From a virus (Duplodnaviria > Caudoviricetes): a DNA stretch of 61,021 bases. The position numbers were made by a program, and so were the translations under genes. Below are positions 56,467 through 61,021 of this stretch, in pieces. Where the stretch lies: positions 1-61,021 of IMG/VR virus record IMGVR_UViG_3300032309_000977, one strand, 5' to 3'. The notes beneath the pieces are model-generated. The model had not been told where the DNA came from. It ran no database searches and was given only the letters and a program-made list of their open reading frames with translations. The first letter of the stretch is position 1. Every line of letters starts with the position of its first letter.

Positions 56467-58521
56467 ATGACTACCTTGGACATCGTTACTACCCTTGACC
56501 AGTTACATACGCTGGTCAAGGTAGTACAAGACGCAGGAGCATTTGCTTTTGACATTGAAAGCCGTGCCGTATTAGAACGACATCCTGACCTTCAAAAGAT
56601 TATGGAGGATGAGTTCAAAAAGAAAGCCCTTAGCCTTAAGAGCAAGTCTCCTGACGTGCTGGAGAACTCTCGTAGGGTCATTGAGGAAGACTATAAAAAG
56701 GACATCGCAGTCAACCCACTTCGTAATGAGGTGTTTTGGATTGCTATAGCCACCTTTGGTCATTCTTGGGCTATCCCTATGGGTCACAAGTTAGGTACTC
56801 TCCTAGAGCCAGAGGAAGTCGGAGATGGCTCTACAGTGCCTCCAGAGGGCTATAGGAAGCGTTTAAAGAGCGGTGAGGAGTCCATGGCTAAGGCTCGCTA
56901 TATCAAGCCAGCCGTCTACGGAGAGCCTCCTAAACAGTTGAGCCGTTCTGAGGTCTTTGAGGCGCTTCGCCCCATATTCTTTAGTGACCTAGTAAAGGTT
57001 GGGCACAACGTAAAGTTTGACGCTCGGTCAATCAGTAAGTACTACGACCAGATACCACCTGGACCGTACTTGGACACAATGGTTCTTCAGCACATTGTTT
57101 CAGAGAACCTGATGAGTTACTCATTGGAAAAGGTTATTGCTCACAACTATGACGGACTAGAAGCCTACGCAAAAGGTGGAAAGTTGGGTAAGTTGATTAC
57201 CCAAGTACCTATAGAAGACGCAACAACTTATGTACACCGTGACGCTCGTTGGACATGGATGTTGTATCAGCGACTACACAAGCAGATTATTACTAAGCCT
57301 GACTTGTTATCTGCACTTCAATTAGACAGTGAGGTGCTTGAAGTTATTATGCACATGGAGAACAACGGTATTCCAGTAGATGTTAAGGACTTAAAGAACC
57401 TCAACCTAGAGTTAGACCAAGAACTTCGTGACATCCTATTTAAAATCTTTGAGCATGCTCCAGCAGGGTTTAATCCTGACTCCAATAAAAGTAAGCAGGA
57501 GTTTTTATTTAACCCTAAAAAAGAAGGTGGGCTAGGTCTAAAGCCATATAAGAAAACAGATAAGGGTGCACCGTCTGTAGACGAAGAATCGCTTCGCAAT
57601 CTACAGTCAAAGCACCCAATCATTCCATTGCTTTTAGAGTGGGCTGAAATGAAGAAGTTGAAGTCAACCTATGTTGATGGACTTCTGCCTAAGATGTACA
57701 AGAATAGGTTGCACCCCTCATTCCACCTACACCGTACAGCAACAGGTCGGTTGTCTTCATCTGACCCAAACCTTCAGAACATTCCCCGTGAATCCAGCAT
57801 TCGTAAACTGTTTGTTGCTCCACAGCACCACCAGTTGTTCGTGGCTGACTACGACCAAATTGAGTTGCGTATCATGGCAATGTTTAGCCAAGACCCACAA
57901 TTAGTTCGCATTTTTAACACTGGAGAAGACATTCACACGGCTACTGCGTCTGCGGTGTTTAAGAAAGACCCAAAAGATGTTACGTCTGAGGAACGCCAGA
58001 TTGGTAAGGGTGTTAACTTCCTTACAGCCTACGGTGGGGGTGCTGCAAAGTTGGCACGTACTACAGGTATTGAGGAGGAACATGCTATGGAAATCCTTAA
58101 CAATTACTATAAAAGTTTTGCTGGTCTGACTGCATGGAAGCAATCTGTGGTTGCTACTGGTCGCAAAAACGGCTATGTATCAACCCTTGAGGGTAGGCGT
58201 AGGCGGTTACCTGACTTGACTTCCAGCGATAATATGCTCCGTTCTAGGGCAGAACGCCAAGCCGTCAATGCTGTAATTCAAGGAAGTGCGGCAGACATCT
58301 GTAAAAAAGCCATGATTAATGTACACAAGGCTTTACATAACAAAGGCGTGCGCCTCTTAGTACAGGTTCATGACGAACTGATAGCCGCAGTTCCTGACAA
58401 AATTGTAGAAGAATCCACACAGCCCTTCTTAGAAGCCATGGGAGATGGTACGGTTATCCAGCAGATACCTCTAAAGGTGTCTTATGAATACGCAAGCAAC
58501 TGGGCTGAGGCTAAGGGATGA
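56467..58521 (+). CDS. polA: DNA polymerase family A with 3'-5' exonuclease
   Basis: FDIE, HNVKFD, TGRLSSSDPNLQNIP, DYDQIELR, KGVNF..AYG, QVHDEL. Confidence 0.95.
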   Translation: MTTLDIVTTLDQLHTLVKVVQDAGAFAFDIESRAVLERHPDLQKIMEDEFKKKALSLKSKSPDVLENSRRVIEEDYKKDIAVNPLRNEVFWIAIATFGHSWAIPMGHKLGTLLEPEEVGDGSTVPPEGYRKRLKSGEESMAKARYIKPAVYGEPPKQLSRSEVFEALRPIFFSDLVKVGHNVKFDARSISKYYDQIPPGPYLDTMVLQHIVSENLMSYSLEKVIAHNYDGLEAYAKGGKLGKLITQVPIEDATTYVHRDARWTWMLYQRLHKQIITKPDLLSALQLDSEVLEVIMHMENNGIPVDVKDLKNLNLELDQELRDILFKIFEHAPAGFNPDSNKSKQEFLFNPKKEGGLGLKPYKKTDKGAPSVDEESLRNLQSKHPIIPLLLEWAEMKKLKSTYVDGLLPKMYKNRLHPSFHLHRTATGRLSSSDPNLQNIPRESSIRKLFVAPQHHQLFVADYDQIELRIMAMFSQDPQLVRIFNTGEDIHTATASAVFKKDPKDVTSEERQIGKGVNFLTAYGGGAAKLARTTGIEEEHAMEILNNYYKSFAGLTAWKQSVVATGRKNGYVSTLEGRRRRLPDLTSSDNMLRSRAERQAVNAVIQGSAADICKKAMINVHKALHNKGVRLLVQVHDELIAAVPDKIVEESTQPFLEAMGDGTVIQQIPLKVSYEYASNWAEAKG

Positions 58522-58868
58522 TGAATAATATTAACAGAAGGTTTTTTTACCTCATGCTTTCAATAGCAAGAGGTCAGTCATACGCAAACTCTATGGGGTT
58601 TTCAAATCCGTCAGAAGACGTTGGGGATGCAGAAACTGTAGAGATACTCCAAAGATGGGCATTGTTTATCAATGAAGGTATTTTTGACGACGTGGTAGTT
58701 GCCACAGACTGGATACTTGATTTACTAGAAACAAACGATAAACTAGTAACTCCTCGTGAGGAACTGCACCCATTGTTTGTTTCTTTCGGGGTAGCCCTTA
58801 TCAATATGCTTTTAGATGTTGATAACCTAGCAATCGTATTACATAATCCAGAGGACTACTATGAGTGA
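58518..58868 (+). CDS. hypothetical protein
   Basis: Coupled ORF. Confidence 0.55.
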   Translation: MMNNINRRFFYLMLSIARGQSYANSMGFSNPSEDVGDAETVEILQRWALFINEGIFDDVVVATDWILDLLETNDKLVTPREELHPLFVSFGVALINMLLDVDNLAIVLHNPEDYYE

Positions 58869-59250
58869 TTGGTGGAGTAAAAAACTAGCAGGAGAGAAAC
58901 CATCTACCCCCCGTGTTTCTCCTACGCCCCCTACACAACCTGTAATTAGGCTTCCTGCAACACAACAGACTGTTCCACAAGAACAACAACGGCAAGAAGT
59001 CTTGAACCCAAATCGTGCACCAACGGAAAATATTTCTATGGGTGAAGCGATTCGCCTATGGAAAGGTGGGGAAGCCCATCGCCGTGACGGTGGTTTGACA
59101 TGCCCAGATTGTGGAAGTAACAATGTATTTTCACGAACTGGTCGTGGAGCCAATAGCATGGTAAACGGAGCACAACCAGCACCTCGTTGTTTTGAGTGTG
59201 GCTGGAACGGATTATATGACCAAGCGTCACAAGCGTCTTGGAATAGTTAA
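58861..59250 (+). CDS. zinc-ribbon protein
   Basis: CPDCGS...CFECG. Confidence 0.65.
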   Translation: MSDWWSKKLAGEKPSTPRVSPTPPTQPVIRLPATQQTVPQEQQRQEVLNPNRAPTENISMGEAIRLWKGGEAHRRDGGLTCPDCGSNNVFSRTGRGANSMVNGAQPAPRCFECGWNGLYDQASQASWNS

Positions 59251-59264
59251 CAAAAGGAATATAC

Positions 59265-60290
59265 ATGTCAGATTTTGAGTCGTTGCAATCCATCTTGTCT
59301 GCCCTTACTAAAAAGTATGGCGATGATGTAATCATTAAAGGTTCACAAGTCATTGAAGCAACACCACGTATTACTACTGGTGTTCTTGCTTATGACTTGA
59401 TGCTTGGTGGTGGCTGGCCTGTAAACCAATGGAGTGAAATCATTGGTGAGGAATCATCAGGTAAAACTGCATTGGCATACAAAACGATTGCGGCTAATCA
59501 AGCCCTTGACCCTGAGTACACAGCAATGTGGGTAGCCGCTGAAGCCTATGTACCAGAATATGCAAAGGCTATTGGTGTAGACCTTGACCGTCTATGGGTA
59601 GTAGAGACCAACATCATGGAAGAAGTGTACGACTTGGTTATCAGGGTTCTAGATAATCGTGCCGTTGACTTGATTGTAATTGATTCACTTCCATCATTAG
59701 TTCCTGGAGATGAATCAGAAAAAATGATGGAGGAGTTCACCGTGGGTCTAGGCGCTCGCCTTACAGGTAAGTTCTTCCGCAAAGCCTCTAAGTCACAGAA
59801 GCGTTCATTGATTCGTGAAGACCGTGGATGCACTGGACTTATTATTAACCAATGGCGTGAGAAGATTGGCGTCATGTGGGGAGACAACCGTACAACCCCA
59901 GGTGGTAAGGCTAAGAACTTCCACTACTTCTGTCGTGTTGAAGTAAAACGTGACGAATGGATTAAAGCCAAGGATGAGACTGTGGGTCAAACCATCAAGG
60001 CTCGTACCATGAAGAACAAGACTTACCGTCCACAACAAGTAGCAGTAGTTGACTTCTATTTTGCAGACTCACAAGGTTTTCAATTTGGTGACTTTGACAC
60101 TGTAAAAGACATTGTGAACATCGCTATCTCATCAGAACTGATTACTCGTGCAGGTGCTTACTACTCCTATGGAGACCAGAAGTGGCAGGGTAAGGATGGG
60201 GTTCTACAGGCAGTTCGTGAAGACCTTGACCTTCAAGCAAAAATTCGTGAGGCTGTATTCAAGAAGTTCAACATTGAGATGCCTTCGTGA
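59265..60290 (+). CDS. recA: RecA-like recombinase
   Basis: GGG.P, GEESSGKT, VIDS, INQ.REKIGVM.G....TPGG. Confidence 0.93.
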   Translation: MSDFESLQSILSALTKKYGDDVIIKGSQVIEATPRITTGVLAYDLMLGGGWPVNQWSEIIGEESSGKTALAYKTIAANQALDPEYTAMWVAAEAYVPEYAKAIGVDLDRLWVVETNIMEEVYDLVIRVLDNRAVDLIVIDSLPSLVPGDESEKMMEEFTVGLGARLTGKFFRKASKSQKRSLIREDRGCTGLIINQWREKIGVMWGDNRTTPGGKAKNFHYFCRVEVKRDEWIKAKDETVGQTIKARTMKNKTYRPQQVAVVDFYFADSQGFQFGDFDTVKDIVNIAISSELITRAGAYYSYGDQKWQGKDGVLQAVREDLDLQAKIREAVFKKFNIEMPS

Positions 60291-60625
60291 TATTTGGTTC
60301 AGACGCTGATAAGCAGCGAAGCATTATGAAGCGCTCTAAGAAACAAGAGCGACGCACAGCAGACCGCTACAAGGGAAGCCGTAATGCTGGCTCAGGCAGT
60401 GGATGGGTTCGTAAAAATGATGTACGAACACATGAATACCTTATTGAGAATAAGTTTACAGATAATAAGAAGTCGTATTCAATTAAATTTACAGACTTAA
60501 AGGAGTTGAACGAACGTGCAATATTGGAAGATCGCATTCCTGTCCTTCAGTTTGACTTGGGTGGCAATCGGTATATCATCCTTACTGAGGATGATTTTAT
60601 AATGATTTCGGAGCCACATGGCTGA
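60287..60625 (+). CDS. Holliday junction resolvase (PD-(D/E)xK)
   Basis: QERR.A, GSG....K.DV....LIENK. Confidence 0.7.
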   Translation: MIFGSDADKQRSIMKRSKKQERRTADRYKGSRNAGSGSGWVRKNDVRTHEYLIENKFTDNKKSYSIKFTDLKELNERAILEDRIPVLQFDLGGNRYIILTEDDFIMISEPHG

Positions 60626-61021
60626 ACTAGGCGCAGTTGCTATGCAACAAGTAATTAAGACACAGGGTCGCTTAAAGCAACCTGTATATCAGTATGCTCT
60701 TGAGAACAACATCTTGTCGTCTGAAGAACGGGACACAGAGCACTTTCATCCAAGTGAGATTTGTAAGAAAGATTGGTGTCCTCGTTCAACTTGGTATAAA
60801 GCCAAAGGTTATACAGAAGATGTAACTTCCGTACCTCAGTTCACTACTTTAAACATTTTTCAAACAGGACATGACATTCATAACAAATGGCAACACTGGT
60901 TGATGATGGCTGGAGTGTTAGAAGAAGCCGAAGTTGCTATCTACGATGAAGAACATCACATCTTGGGTCATGCCGATGGAGTTGTAGCAGACGCTAAAGG
61001 TCGTGCTGTCCTAGAGATTAA
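60618..61021 (+). CDS. Cas4-like/PD-(D/E)xK exonuclease, 3'-truncated by the window end
   Basis: MAELGAV...FHPSEIC..DWCPR..WY...G.DIH.KWQ...E......ILGHADG......VLEI. Confidence 0.75.
   Translation, partial: MAELGAVAMQQVIKTQGRLKQPVYQYALENNILSSEERDTEHFHPSEICKKDWCPRSTWYKAKGYTEDVTSVPQFTTLNIFQTGHDIHNKWQHWLMMAGVLEEAEVAIYDEEHHILGHADGVVADAKGRAVLEI

Noticed and set aside
56467-58521. Intein or intron in PolA (also considered for terminase, DnaB and RecA)
   Set aside because: ORFs are continuous and of normal size; no C/S...HN splice motifs or homing endonuclease motifs were seen.

Overview
This window is 61 kb of a tailed dsDNA phage genome with a contractile tail (myovirus). It is densely packed, and essentially all credible protein genes lie on the + strand. 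Gene order: (1) about 1-3.4 kb, putative tailoring enzymes (2OG-Fe(II) oxygenase, CxxCxxCC protein, two related unknowns); (2) about 3.4-18.2 kb, a large array of fibre, Gly-rich and Cys-rich virion-decoration genes plus a secreted mucin-like protein; (3) terminase, lysis cassette, metallophosphoesterase, Ntn (proteasome-beta/HslV-like) peptidase, portal, scaffold, major capsid; (4) neck, sheath, tube, chaperone, tape measure with two peptidoglycan-hydrolase domains, baseplate; (5) a replication module: HTH initiator with internal iterons, DnaC-like loader, DnaB, primase, SNF2 helicase, SSB, PolA, RecA, resolvase, Cas4-like nuclease. An actinobacterial host is inferred from TANNNT-N5/6-start (leaderless-type) signals and overall gene content; this is not proven. 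The most notable signals are a candidate minus-strand ~85-nt two-hairpin small RNA (about 48927-49011) whose loop matches the 16S rRNA 3' anti-Shine-Dalgarno tail, a triplicated Cys-rich-tip/chaperone/CxxC module, a candidate +1 frameshift in the tail chaperone, and a four-iteron palindromic origin. All family assignments come from motif recognition by eye; no database searches were run. No tRNA, rRNA, CRISPR array, integrase or reverse transcriptase was seen.
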